A stretch of 64,000 nucleotides of DNA. Source: a virus. Its lineage: Duplodnaviria; Caudoviricetes. A program made the translations under genes and the position numbers. The notes beneath the pieces are model-generated. The model did no database searches. It saw only the letters and a list, made by a program, of their open reading frames with translations, and was not told where the DNA came from. Below, one piece after another: positions 19,251 to 28,885 of the stretch (position 1 is the stretch's first letter; the number at the start of each line of letters is the position of its first letter). Location of the stretch: the IMG/VR virus record IMGVR_UViG_3300020371_000002, one strand, 5' to 3'.

Positions 19251-21814
19251 TTAACCTCCGTTACGGTGATACGACTCCAAGTTCTTCTACCATTGGCGTT
19301 ATCCCCATCAAATGAATCTCGATTGATATAGTAATCATAAGCTGATGTAGTTTGGTTTCTAACAACGAATCTATATGTAACTGTAGAAGTGGTATTCGGT
19401 GCATCCAGATATGGATCTATAGTAGCTTGATCGATTCTATAGTTGAGATTAGTATACGGTGCAACGACTGCCAGTGATCCTTGTCTAAATCCTGAACCTG
19501 ATGGAATGATATTAGTATCTACACCACCAACAGTTCTCCTAATACCATATAAGAAAGCATAATCATACTGGAAAGAGTCTGCAAAGATAGCACCTTCAAT
19601 TAGAAACTTACTACTTGCTGAAGTAGGAGTAATATCAACACTAAATGGTAATGCTGCAAAGGAACCTTGACCAGGCACACTAATACTTGTAGACGTACTA
19701 TATATGGTCTGTTTGCAGTTTGGTGATGCATTCAGTCCAGTAAGACCAGAACCATTACCATTAAATGCATCAGCATATACAGTTGCAAATCTATTAGTAT
19801 CAAGTCCTATATTGTATTGACTGTCTGAAGCTGGTAAGATACCATCAGAAGTTATCCAAACTCTTTCTTGTCTACTACCCCCAGGTGTCTTTGTTGATAA
19901 TCTCATACTATCATCAACATGAGAGTATAATATTCGACCAGCAGGATCACCCGTAAGAGCTCTAAAATCAACCCTACCACTAGCAGGAGTCCTGAGTTCT
20001 AAAGTAGAAGGTGAAAATGTACCTGTTGTGTGAACTCTTATCGTAGATCCACTACTATTAAACAGATGCAGTTGCTCAGCTGGAGCATCGGTCCCTATTC
20101 CAATCTGACCATTTGTATCTATGCGAGCTTTCTCAGATCCATTTGTTTCAAAAGAAATGGTATTTGCTTCTGGGAATTTGATAGATGTGTCAGAATCAGA
20201 TGCATTTGCAATATGTCCATTAACAGAAATACCACTACTGAACGTGGAAAGTCCACTTACAGTCTGAGTTCCAGTAACTTGAACACCATCTCTTAAGTAT
20301 GTCTCTCCAGTAACATCCAAGTTTCCTGAATAGAATCCTGTAGTTGCTGTTAGTATTCCCACGTTAAGTTGTGGAGTTCCAGTTAGTCCAGAGGCATTAC
20401 CACTAACATCTCCCGTTAAATTACCAACAAAACCTCCAGTGGAAGTTGTGACTCCTGTAATCTCAACGCCCCCGTTTTTGGTTTCCAGGCAGAGAGTATT
20501 ATTGTAGTAGAGTTCTACACTTTTTCTAAATCTATTAAACTTTGCAATAGTAGAGTTCGCTTCATCAGTATCAAAAATAATGTCTCCACTATTACCAGAA
20601 AACTTCTGTCTGAACCTAGTATTGGTTCCATCCATGAAGAGCATGGTCTCTCCACCTGTACCAAGATTCAACTTAACGTTATCTTGATATGTGGATGGTT
20701 GTGTATATCCGAGTGGACTATCAACACTGGTTGCATTGAGTGAACCGATAGTTGCCGAAGAAATACCTACAAAATTAAAGTTGGAGTTAGCTGATGTATT
20801 AATACCAGGGTATGCAACATTAACTGTTGAGATTCCAGAGACAGGATCGGTAATAGTAATACCAAATCCAAAGTCCATCGTAACTGCAACACCTACAGCA
20901 ACGCCATCTCTACGGATATTCTGACCAGAAGATTGTGCAACAACACCTGTAAGACTTGCACCAGAACCAACAAATTCTGTTGCAGTTACAACTCCAGCAG
21001 TAATATTAGAGACATTGATGTCTGGAGATCCTGTTAATCCTTGGGAATTTACAGATAAGGTAGATATTCCAGCAGTTGTTGCATAACCAGCAGTTCCTGC
21101 ACTAGTTGCATAACCAGCAGTTGTTGCAGTTAAAGCATTACCACTGGTGTCTTGATTACCTGCAATGTTTACACCAGGCAGATCAATATCAATTGTTCCA
21201 TTGAAATTAATTCCTCCAATGGTTCTTGTCGTTTCTAATGCACTTGTTACACCTGCTTTAATTGCATACTCCGCAGTTGTTGCAATACCAGCAACTTCAG
21301 CCAGAGAAGAGATACCTGCATTTCTGGCATATGGAGTATAAAGTGCAGTGGTTGCCAAACTGGCGAGAGAGGCAGTTCCTGATAAGTTACCAATGAATGT
21401 TCCTGTAGCAAAACCTACTGCAATATCTGGACTTCCTGTCAGTCCTTGTGCAAGTTTTGCGACGTTTGCAGTTTCTGCCGTTCCTACTACGTTACCAGTA
21501 ACGTCACCTACAAGAGGTCCATAAAAATTACTATGAATAGTATCCGCAGTAATATCATCAGGCAAGAAGAAGTCTAATAACTTACCACTGTTGATATTGG
21601 ATGCATTAGTATAGTAATCTTTGGGTTGTCCACCGAGGAGATTGGAATCACTACTGATACCAGAAGTTTTGGCGTAACTTACCAGATTGGTAGCATCACC
21701 AAAAGTTTCATATAATTCAGTGAAGTTGGAGTTTACTTTGATGGCTCCCTGTCTCAGGGTATCACCCGTTCCATCGTTTACGCTGTTACCAACACCAATC
21801 GATTGTTTAGACAT
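19247..21814 (-). CDS. Tail-fibre-like virion protein (855 aa)
   Basis: N-terminal IGVGNSVNDGTGDTLRQGAIKVNSNFTELY attachment motif (gp9/gp10-like), GNxTG and TAGYAT repeats, GQIGIGTDAP fibre motif, beta-rich C-terminal domain. Confidence 0.75.
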   Translation of the reverse strand: MSKQSIGVGNSVNDGTGDTLRQGAIKVNSNFTELYETFGDATNLVSYAKTSGISSDSNLLGGQPKDYYTNASNINSGKLLDFFLPDDITADTIHSNFYGPLVGDVTGNVVGTAETANVAKLAQGLTGSPDIAVGFATGTFIGNLSGTASLASLATTALYTPYARNAGISSLAEVAGIATTAEYAIKAGVTSALETTRTIGGINFNGTIDIDLPGVNIAGNQDTSGNALTATTAGYATSAGTAGYATTAGISTLSVNSQGLTGSPDINVSNITAGVVTATEFVGSGASLTGVVAQSSGQNIRRDGVAVGVAVTMDFGFGITITDPVSGISTVNVAYPGINTSANSNFNFVGISSATIGSLNATSVDSPLGYTQPSTYQDNVKLNLGTGGETMLFMDGTNTRFRQKFSGNSGDIIFDTDEANSTIAKFNRFRKSVELYYNNTLCLETKNGGVEITGVTTSTGGFVGNLTGDVSGNASGLTGTPQLNVGILTATTGFYSGNLDVTGETYLRDGVQVTGTQTVSGLSTFSSGISVNGHIANASDSDTSIKFPEANTISFETNGSEKARIDTNGQIGIGTDAPAEQLHLFNSSGSTIRVHTTGTFSPSTLELRTPASGRVDFRALTGDPAGRILYSHVDDSMRLSTKTPGGSRQERVWITSDGILPASDSQYNIGLDTNRFATVYADAFNGNGSGLTGLNASPNCKQTIYSTSTSISVPGQGSFAALPFSVDITPTSASSKFLIEGAIFADSFQYDYAFLYGIRRTVGGVDTNIIPSGSGFRQGSLAVVAPYTNLNYRIDQATIDPYLDAPNTTSTVTYRFVVRNQTTSAYDYYINRDSFDGDNANGRRTWSRITVTEVK
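21078..21122. repeat. 18-bp direct repeat (GTTGCATAACCAGCAGTT x2, period 27) encoding TAGYAT repeats
   Basis: Copies at 21078-21095 and 21105-21122. Confidence 0.85.
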
Positions 21815-21842
21815 TATCCACAGGGACTAGTATTCTATATCC

Positions 21843-21850
21843 TATTTAGA
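21843..21850 (-). promoter_or_regulatory. Late promoter (TCTAAATA) for the fibre cassette and terminase genes
   Basis: Intergenic after the g15 stop. Confidence 0.7.
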
Positions 21851-21855
21851 CTTGC

Positions 21856-22926
21856 TTAGACATCCTCGTCCTTTGATGGACTGTATACTTTGCCATCATT
21901 ATAGTCATACCTGAATTCACTGAACCCAAAATCATCAGCAGGTTCAATCAATGCAGTATCCTGAGGAGTGATTACATTGAGTGCTGCACCGAAGTCGTGA
22001 TTGGTAATCATAGTGCTATATTCACCTCTTCTAACAGTAATCCTATTACCTGCAATGGACTTAATTTTCATTATTTCAGAATCAATCTCAATAAATGTAT
22101 CCACAACCAAACTGGTTGCATCAGATACTTCGAAAGAAACTACCTTAGAATTAACAACTTCTCCAAGTGTAGTTGTACGATCTTGATTGTAATCTTTGAT
22201 TGCAAGAGGTTCTGCGGTATAACGAACTTGTCTGGAGGCGTTCTTGAGATTATCGGTATTGGTCATGTAATCAACCTGAACCTTCTTAATGAGACCCTCA
22301 TTAGTAGAAGGTAGAGGACCATACATGTAGGTCTTTGCTGTAAAGTTTAAAGTATAAACAATCTCTCTTCTTGTCAAATAATCCTCAGTATAATTATCTT
22401 CAAAACTAATACTTTCCAATACAATAGGAACGTCTTTCTTTTCTCCCAATACATCAAGCATATCAATGGTCAAATTGAAACTTGGTTGAAAATATGGTAA
22501 GATCTGTTCCACAATCTGAAGTGCATCCTCATTCAATCTCGCAAGAATATTCAACTGAATTGCGATATTGTATGGTACAGGCATGAACGTTTTGTTCAAC
22601 TCGCCAGTAACACTATTAACGGCTTTAAAAGTCTGCATTGTTGAGACTTTTCTTGACCCATCATATTGAATACCAATCATCTCGAAAGACATTCTGGGAA
22701 GATCCACACTAGAAGCAGTTCTTGCAGATCCTTCAGTTCTTAATTCGGGTCTTTGTTCTAACCTTGCTAAGAATTTCTGAACTGGTCCATATGCAATAGG
22801 AACTTTAACCACACTAAGGTTTGCACCAGCACTAGTCTTGGTGCGTACTTCCATGTCGTTAAACAAGGTTCCGAATGCAATAATAGTCTTTCGGATTACT
22901 TGATGATAAAAATGTGGGGCTAACAT
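21856..22926 (-). CDS. g15: Tail terminator / sheath stabiliser gp15
   Basis: FYHQVIRKTIIAFGTLFND, VPIAYGPVQKFLARL, LPRMSFEM, QILPYFQPSFN, FTAKTYMYGP. Confidence 0.95.
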   Translation of the reverse strand: MLAPHFYHQVIRKTIIAFGTLFNDMEVRTKTSAGANLSVVKVPIAYGPVQKFLARLEQRPELRTEGSARTASSVDLPRMSFEMIGIQYDGSRKVSTMQTFKAVNSVTGELNKTFMPVPYNIAIQLNILARLNEDALQIVEQILPYFQPSFNLTIDMLDVLGEKKDVPIVLESISFEDNYTEDYLTRREIVYTLNFTAKTYMYGPLPSTNEGLIKKVQVDYMTNTDNLKNASRQVRYTAEPLAIKDYNQDRTTTLGEVVNSKVVSFEVSDATSLVVDTFIEIDSEIMKIKSIAGNRITVRRGEYSTMITNHDFGAALNVITPQDTALIEPADDFGFSEFRYDYNDGKVYSPSKDEDV

Positions 22927-22946
22927 GATATGACCAAATTATTAAC

Positions 22947-22954
22947 TATTTAGA
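22947..22954 (-). promoter_or_regulatory. Late promoter (TCTAAATA) for g15
   Basis: Overlaps the g14 stop codon. Confidence 0.65.
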
Positions 22955-25229
22955 ACTCGCCAAATGGGTTCCTTTCTGAGAAGTCAAGAATCTTGTCTGC
23001 CTCAGTCTCGATGTTTTCATTATCACCAAATCCCGTGTTATCACCACTGAAATCAATAGTAGAGATCGTGTAACTAACTCCAGCACCAACAACAGATTCT
23101 CCAATGACAAAACTACCATCAACTCTGGTAAGTTCGAGAGTCTTATTGGGCATGTTCCAAGATTTGACAGTACCCTTGGTTCCACTTTCCAGACCTTCAA
23201 CTTCCATACCTCTTTCATATTCTCCGAAGGATGGATCTCTAACAGAGTCAATACCGACAGTAGGATAGTTAAATGTATATCCTGCACCAGCACTACGATA
23301 TCTAATTTGTGTGAGAGATCCTGTAACATCCAGAACTGCCTCTGCACTGACATTATTAATTGCAGTGGATGTTCCAACCGATGAAGGAATGAAGATTGGT
23401 TGAACGTATATATTTGGTGTAGTCGAGTATCCAACACCACCAGTGATGATGCCTGCAGGTCCCATAACACCTGTATTGATTACGGCAGTTGCAATACCAC
23501 CACCTGAACCGCCGCCACCAGAGATGGTTACTGTAGGTGGACTTTGATATCCAGTACCAGGATCGATAAGGAGAATTCTATCGATACCCAATCCAGTGTT
23601 TGCAGTTCTACTTGTCATAATAGCAACCGCAGTTGCCTGTACACCTCTATCTGGTTCAGTAATATAAACCAGAGGAGTATTCATGAAACCTTGTCCAGTT
23701 TCTTTAATGAAGATTGAATCCACCTTCAGTCCATCCATAACAGCGACTGCCTGTGGGACAATATTATCGCAGGTTTGAATATACTGTGCTACTTCACTAG
23801 TGTGTAAATCAACTTCCTGTTCTGTAGTAGTTGTGGGAATTTGAGTATCTATAGCAGTTCTAAACTGGGTATCAGTGGTATGTAAAATAGTGACGTGATC
23901 AAGAACACCAATATATCCAGCTGTTCTTGTTGGAGCTCTACCTGCACCAGCAACGTCAGCACCCAGTTGCAGTACATCATTACCGATGAATGGAATTGGG
24001 TCTACGTTGGCATATGGTCCTTGAGAGACTCCATTGACACTGATCCTTGCGTCTGTGCCTACCTGAACGATTCTAACGAAGTTCCAAGCATTCAGATTCA
24101 TCCTCTGAGAAGATGAAGTGGTTGTCTGTGCCGATGCGAATCTAATTTTACCATCAGGTAGATGGAAGATCTTGATCCTATCGGACCACATTAAAACACC
24201 ACCAAGATTTACATCTGGTTCCAAATCAGTTGGGTAATACCAGAAACTAATTACAATCCTGCCATTTCTTCCATCAATTGTCGATGGGAACACCAATCTA
24301 GAATTTTCTACATCTGTCGCAGCTGTGTGTTCAAATGCATTATTACCGAACTTAACTGATGTTGCAGTAGTTCTATTCGGTGGACTGAATGTAACGGTAG
24401 GAATTTCTAGGTGATTTGAACCAGAATCTGTAACTGTGATACTGGTTATTGCTTTATCGGTTAAAGATGCAGTCGCTGTTGCACCTCTTCCTTTTTCTGG
24501 ATTGGCAATAGTTACACTAGGAGTAGTAACATAACTACCATCATTGACCATATCAATATATTGAACAGACTTCACATCGGTGAATGTAGAAGCATATCCA
24601 ATACTTGCAGCTGCAGAAACTGCAGTGTCACCAATCATCTTGATGATTACAGCAGTACCCTCTCCACCAAGAGGTTCAATAATATCCTCACCTTGCATAC
24701 CAGTTTCAACATCAGAGATGTCAATGATCTCATCTTTATACTCAAAGATCTCACATCTGAGTTCATACATGAAGAGATCATTTAACTGATAGAAAGGAAC
24801 CTTTCCTTCCACATACTTAATCTCAAATAAAGCATTATCTAAAGGAAGATAAATCAAGTCGCCTTCTTGAGGTCTATTAGTTAATTTAACAGTACCTTCT
24901 GGATACATCTCCAAGAATGGACTGATGAAATCATCATACCTTTCTTTAGAAATTACTAATTGAATCTCATCTGTTGCACGAACACCAAACTTTGTTAGAA
25001 TATCTGATGGAGTACCAAACCCCTCAAAGTTGGTTAGATATGCTTCGATTCGGAAACTATCATCGAATCTAGAAGCATTAATCTCTTTAATTACTGTTGC
25101 TTCATTAATGATCTTTCTAGGAAGATACAAGACATCCTGACCAAACATCTTAAGATGTTCGTTCACCAAATCCTGAACTAACCTCTGTTCACTAGGTGAT
25201 CCGTGTAAGAAAAAAGGACTTAAAGGCAT
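22950..25229 (-). CDS. g14: Neck protein gp14 with a large inserted region (759 aa)
   Basis: gp14 N-terminus (EQRLVQDLVNEHLKMFGQDVLYLPR, PQEGDLIYLP, FYQLNDLFMYELRCEIFEY) and C-terminus (ILDFSERNPFGEF). The middle has GSGY-type repeats and a LamG-like domain. Confidence 0.92.
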   Translation of the reverse strand: MPLSPFFLHGSPSEQRLVQDLVNEHLKMFGQDVLYLPRKIINEATVIKEINASRFDDSFRIEAYLTNFEGFGTPSDILTKFGVRATDEIQLVISKERYDDFISPFLEMYPEGTVKLTNRPQEGDLIYLPLDNALFEIKYVEGKVPFYQLNDLFMYELRCEIFEYKDEIIDISDVETGMQGEDIIEPLGGEGTAVIIKMIGDTAVSAAASIGYASTFTDVKSVQYIDMVNDGSYVTTPSVTIANPEKGRGATATASLTDKAITSITVTDSGSNHLEIPTVTFSPPNRTTATSVKFGNNAFEHTAATDVENSRLVFPSTIDGRNGRIVISFWYYPTDLEPDVNLGGVLMWSDRIKIFHLPDGKIRFASAQTTTSSSQRMNLNAWNFVRIVQVGTDARISVNGVSQGPYANVDPIPFIGNDVLQLGADVAGAGRAPTRTAGYIGVLDHVTILHTTDTQFRTAIDTQIPTTTTEQEVDLHTSEVAQYIQTCDNIVPQAVAVMDGLKVDSIFIKETGQGFMNTPLVYITEPDRGVQATAVAIMTSRTANTGLGIDRILLIDPGTGYQSPPTVTISGGGGSGGGIATAVINTGVMGPAGIITGGVGYSTTPNIYVQPIFIPSSVGTSTAINNVSAEAVLDVTGSLTQIRYRSAGAGYTFNYPTVGIDSVRDPSFGEYERGMEVEGLESGTKGTVKSWNMPNKTLELTRVDGSFVIGESVVGAGVSYTISTIDFSGDNTGFGDNENIETEADKILDFSERNPFGEF

Positions 25230-26047
25230 TATCCGATCATGTCTAGAGGTGGCATTGCATATTCAGTCATTAGTCTCTCTTCATGGTCTTCGATCTCTCT
25301 CTGAGCATCATCGAACAGTTGTCTACCATTCATTTCAAGACCGCCAGGAAGTTTGACCCCTTGGAATTTGATCAAGTTCTGACCCCACTGTCTCTTGATT
25401 AAAGAAGTTGTATATCTCTTTAACCAAGGATCGTTGTAAACAGAAGTTGCGGATTGTGGATCCACTTCTCTGTAACAATCAATAAGAATATAATGATTAG
25501 CCGTGACTTCACCAAGGTCAATATCTAAGTATAGTCTTCTATTTTTCTTGTTGAACCTAACCTGAGCATCAGGATTGATCATATAATCAAGAGTCTCAAG
25601 GTAAGATTTTACCATTCCATAATTTAACAGATCGATTGCTCCGTAGTAATATAAATCATTCAGGAACAATTGATATTTGATATTGAATAATCCGTCCGAA
25701 ACGGATGAAGAGTCAATCTTGAAGATCTTGTTTACTCCAATGATTGAATCTGGAAGAGGTAGATAATTAGCACCTTCCTCATATTCCATTGTAGAGACGC
25801 CGCCGTGGGTACTAGTCCCAGTGGTAGTAGAAGCAATACCTGCAAAAGTATCCTTCTCCACTTCAAGCAACTTATGCTTGAGAAAAACTCTGTCTATTCC
25901 CTCACCATGTCTTTCATGGTATAATTGGATGGCATCATCGATCAGATCCTCAACTTGATCGTCGTCAACGTTGATCTCCAATACTGGTTTACCGAGTTTC
26001 CTTAGACAGTATTCCTTCAACTCGTCTCTACTAGAGGGCTTTGCCAT
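25229..26047 (-). CDS. g13: Neck protein gp13
   Basis: MAKPSSRDELKEYCLRKLGKPVLEINVDDDQ, QWGQNLIKFQGVKLPGG; start at ATG 26047. Confidence 0.95.
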   Translation of the reverse strand: MAKPSSRDELKEYCLRKLGKPVLEINVDDDQVEDLIDDAIQLYHERHGEGIDRVFLKHKLLEVEKDTFAGIASTTTGTSTHGGVSTMEYEEGANYLPLPDSIIGVNKIFKIDSSSVSDGLFNIKYQLFLNDLYYYGAIDLLNYGMVKSYLETLDYMINPDAQVRFNKKNRRLYLDIDLGEVTANHYILIDCYREVDPQSATSVYNDPWLKRYTTSLIKRQWGQNLIKFQGVKLPGGLEMNGRQLFDDAQREIEDHEERLMTEYAMPPLDMIG

Positions 26048-26074
26048 TCCCAAACTCTATAGGTTTCTCCAAAG

Positions 26075-26082
26075 TATTTATG
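26075..26082 (-). promoter_or_regulatory. Late promoter (CATAAATA) for g13-g14, overlapping the gmhD start codon on the other strand
   Basis: Plus strand TATTTATG includes the ATG at 26080. Confidence 0.6.
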
Positions 26083-26886
26083 ATCTTACTAACTGGTTAC
26101 AAAGGATTTATTGGTTCTCACTTCAGACAAGCACTAGGTGAAATGGGTGAGGACAAAGTGATTGGTGTCAATCAGGACAATGCCTGGGAGTTTGTCAGCA
26201 AGTTTGATGAATGGGATAAACTTAAATTAATTATTCATAATGGAGCAATGTCTTCCACCACAGAGAAGAACTGGATGACTATTGCACACTACAATCAAAA
26301 CTTCACTGCTCATCTCTTCGGAAAAGCAATAGAGTATCAGATTCCTATTAAATATGCATCCTCTGCTTCAGTGTATGGGAATCAAAAGAAGAATAGAAAA
26401 ATTATAAACCCGTTAAACCAATACGCCATTTCAAAACTAATCATTGACTACTATGTCTTAGACCATATAGACAAATTCAAACATATTCAAGGATTTAGAT
26501 ACTTTAATGTATATGGAACAGGAGAAGATCATAAGGGTGATCAAGCAAGTCCTATCAGTAAGTTTACCAAACAAATCAGAGAGACTGGAGAATTAACGTT
26601 ATTCGAAGGTTCTGATAAGTTTTATAGAGACTTTGTGTGGGTAAAAGATGTAGTGGATGTTGTTCTTAACAATACTGCTGATAGTGGTATCTACGATGTT
26701 GGTACGGGTAATCCAGTATCATTTGAAACTGTTGCTGAATTAGTCGCAAAAAAAGAGAAGGGAACCATAAAAAGGATCCCCTTCCCAGAACATCTTAAAG
26801 GTAAATATCAAGACTATACCTGTGCTAACAATTCATGGTATGAACATGATTACACTACTGTTGAAAGATATCTTGGAAGTGTATAA
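26080..26886 (+). CDS. gmhD: ADP-L-glycero-D-manno-heptose 6-epimerase-like extended SDR
   Basis: MILLTGYKGFIGS, IIHNGAMSSTTE, YASSASVYG, LNQYAISK (YxxxK), FRYFNVYGTGEDHKG-QAS, RDFVWVKD. The only supported plus-strand gene in the window. Confidence 0.85.
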   Translation: MILLTGYKGFIGSHFRQALGEMGEDKVIGVNQDNAWEFVSKFDEWDKLKLIIHNGAMSSTTEKNWMTIAHYNQNFTAHLFGKAIEYQIPIKYASSASVYGNQKKNRKIINPLNQYAISKLIIDYYVLDHIDKFKHIQGFRYFNVYGTGEDHKGDQASPISKFTKQIRETGELTLFEGSDKFYRDFVWVKDVVDVVLNNTADSGIYDVGTGNPVSFETVAELVAKKEKGTIKRIPFPEHLKGKYQDYTCANNSWYEHDYTTVERYLGSV

Positions 26887-27430
26887 ATCCCGTCGCAATG
26901 TATTTTTCATTTGAAGTGGGCATCTCTCCTTCATGTGCAAAGAGATAACTACATGGAAAGATAAGAACTTTTCCTGCTTCTGGTTTGATTGTTACATTGA
27001 GATCTGGAAACGATGTGCAACCACCCTCTTCAACATCATTTAGATAAGCAATAACTGCAAAGACTCTCGTAGCGTTTGGACCCGCAGTTTGATCAAAGTG
27101 TTCTAGGAAATGACCCCTGTCCTTTGGATACACTCGTACTGAAATATCTCGAAGAACTAGAGGTTCTCCCTTTGGAGTTAGATGTTCCGACTCATACTTC
27201 TCATATGCCCTAAAAAATCCTTGAGTTAGAAAATGGGATATAGCGTCATCAGGTTTAGGATATGCCTGAGTTGCAACTTTCTTAGTCCAATTCACGACTG
27301 AACCATTGGAATGGTCCATTGTTTTTCCGTCGTGATGTAATTCTGGAGTATTCTTAAACCAGTCAATAATAGTATGACATTCTTGCTGATCGTAAATGTC
27401 ATAACAACAAATAAATTCACTCAGTTCCAT
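26855..27430 (-). CDS. 2OG-Fe(II) oxygenase (prolyl-4-hydroxylase-like)
   Basis: HFD...AYLNDVEEGG-T-F...LIFP...AH (HxD...H triad); 3' end overlaps the gmhD 3' end by 32 nt. Confidence 0.88.
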   Translation of the reverse strand: MELSEFICCYDIYDQQECHTIIDWFKNTPELHHDGKTMDHSNGSVVNWTKKVATQAYPKPDDAISHFLTQGFFRAYEKYESEHLTPKGEPLVLRDISVRVYPKDRGHFLEHFDQTAGPNATRVFAVIAYLNDVEEGGCTSFPDLNVTIKPEAGKVLIFPCSYLFAHEGEMPTSNEKYIATGFIHFQDIFQQ

Positions 27431-27808
27431 TCAGTCTCCTGGAATGATACGATTACTATCTTCATCAAAATGTTCTGAACTAAACTCAAATAGTTCTGTG
27501 TCTTCCATGGCATACATTCTATGTTTCATTCCAACTGGAACATGAAATTTATCACCACGTTCTAAAACGTCTACCGTTGCCATTTCAATGTTGTCATCCC
27601 ATCCATAGTAGATTCTGATTTTTCCACTCTGAACATAAAAGACTTCATCTTTTAGTTTATGGTAATGCCATGAACATTTTTTTCCTTTTGCAAGGAAAAG
27701 AAGTTTACCGCAGTATTGATCGCAGTTTACAATCCACTTTTCATATCCCCACCCTTTAGGTACGAATTTAATTGGATTGCCCTGCCTCGGTCTTGAAGAA
27801 ATCTCCAT
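27431..27808 (-). CDS. Cupin-domain protein, putative sugar isomerase
   Basis: KGWGYEKWI, SWHYHKLKDEVFYVQSG (HxH...E), HVPVGMKHRM. Confidence 0.8.
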   Translation of the reverse strand: MEISSRPRQGNPIKFVPKGWGYEKWIVNCDQYCGKLLFLAKGKKCSWHYHKLKDEVFYVQSGKIRIYYGWDDNIEMATVDVLERGDKFHVPVGMKHRMYAMEDTELFEFSSEHFDEDSNRIIPGD

Positions 27809-28112
27809 CGTTTATACCTTTATCGTCAATGTAATAATCGGCAGAAGGTTTACCTAAACGTAAATCGGTAAACATGCATCCCCAATTACAAAGTTGTTTT
27901 AAAGTCAACTTGTAAAATGCATCATGTGCTTTTTGACAGTCATCATTAAATCTACCCATACCTCTAGCAGTAAAGTAGATTACCTCATTGCCTTTAATAT
28001 ATAGATCGTTTATTTGACAGATTCTATCATATCGGGGGACTGCGTGAGTATACTTTTCCTCACCCTCACCAGGATAACAGATAGTGCCATCAATGTCTAC
28101 CACATATTTCAT
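27768..28112 (-). CDS. Small HAD-superfamily phosphatase
   Basis: Motif I DIDGT, motif II FTARG, motif III GKP, motif IV YIDDK. Confidence 0.85.
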   Translation of the reverse strand: MKYVVDIDGTICYPGEGEEKYTHAVPRYDRICQINDLYIKGNEVIYFTARGMGRFNDDCQKAHDAFYKLTLKQLCNWGCMFTDLRLGKPSADYYIDDKGINDGDFFKTEAGQSN

Positions 28113-28885
28113 AGTTGTCCAATGTCGTTTTGTGTTAGTGTATAAACGCCAGGATGTTGAACCGACATCGCTGCAGCACGGTTTGCATAATCAATCGAAA
28201 CCTGCAAGTCATGGGTTTCCAAATGTCTTTTAACTAATGCGGCCAAGAATGTGTCTCCTGCACCAGTTACATCATACACTTTAACTTGGGACTCTAACGT
28301 AAAGGTAATGCCTGCCCACTTAGCACCCGCAGCACCCATCGTAACAATCATATGAGTATCGTGAGGCATATCTTCGTGTTTCTCTAAAAGATCATATTCT
28401 TTCTTATTGATCTTGTAGAAAACATTATCTTTATGATATAATTTTCTCTTTTTTGTATCTACGAAAATAGGGCCATTGAAACTTTCAATAATCTCTTTCA
28501 TCCTATCTTCGGGTAGAAAACCTTTACCATAGTCAGAAATGACCATGACATCAAATCCGCCAAAGTGGATAAACGATGATCTAAGTTGTGCTGCGGTGAT
28601 GGGACTGACTTCTTTGTCTTCGTCCATCCTCATTAATTGGTAACCACTATTCTCATCGATGAAACGAGTCTTAATGATATGTTCTTTATGAGTTAATAGA
28701 TCTGTAGCAACACCAAAAGATCTCAAATTATTATTGACATTGGCTGCCATTCCTTTGGTCTTCTCACTCCGAGAATACTTCAATACTGGAACAGGAGCTT
28801 CGGGACTTAATCTATCAACAGTACCGTAAACATATTCATCGTCACATGTATCTCCAAGGACGATTGCCTTAAATGTATCACTCAT
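28109..28885 (-). CDS. hldA: Heptose-7-phosphate kinase (HldA / HldE kinase domain, PfkB family)
   Basis: VLGD...DEYVYGTVDRLSPEAPVPV, GMAANV, SDYGKG, DVTGAGDTFLAAL. Confidence 0.88.
   Translation of the reverse strand: MSDTFKAIVLGDTCDDEYVYGTVDRLSPEAPVPVLKYSRSEKTKGMAANVNNNLRSFGVATDLLTHKEHIIKTRFIDENSGYQLMRMDEDKEVSPITAAQLRSSFIHFGGFDVMVISDYGKGFLPEDRMKEIIESFNGPIFVDTKKRKLYHKDNVFYKINKKEYDLLEKHEDMPHDTHMIVTMGAAGAKWAGITFTLESQVKVYDVTGAGDTFLAALVKRHLETHDLQVSIDYANRAAAMSVQHPGVYTLTQNDIGQL

Noticed and set aside
26054-26079. wcaG-type cis-regulatory RNA upstream of the epimerase
   Set aside because: Only 26 nt of intergenic space and no matching structure recognised.
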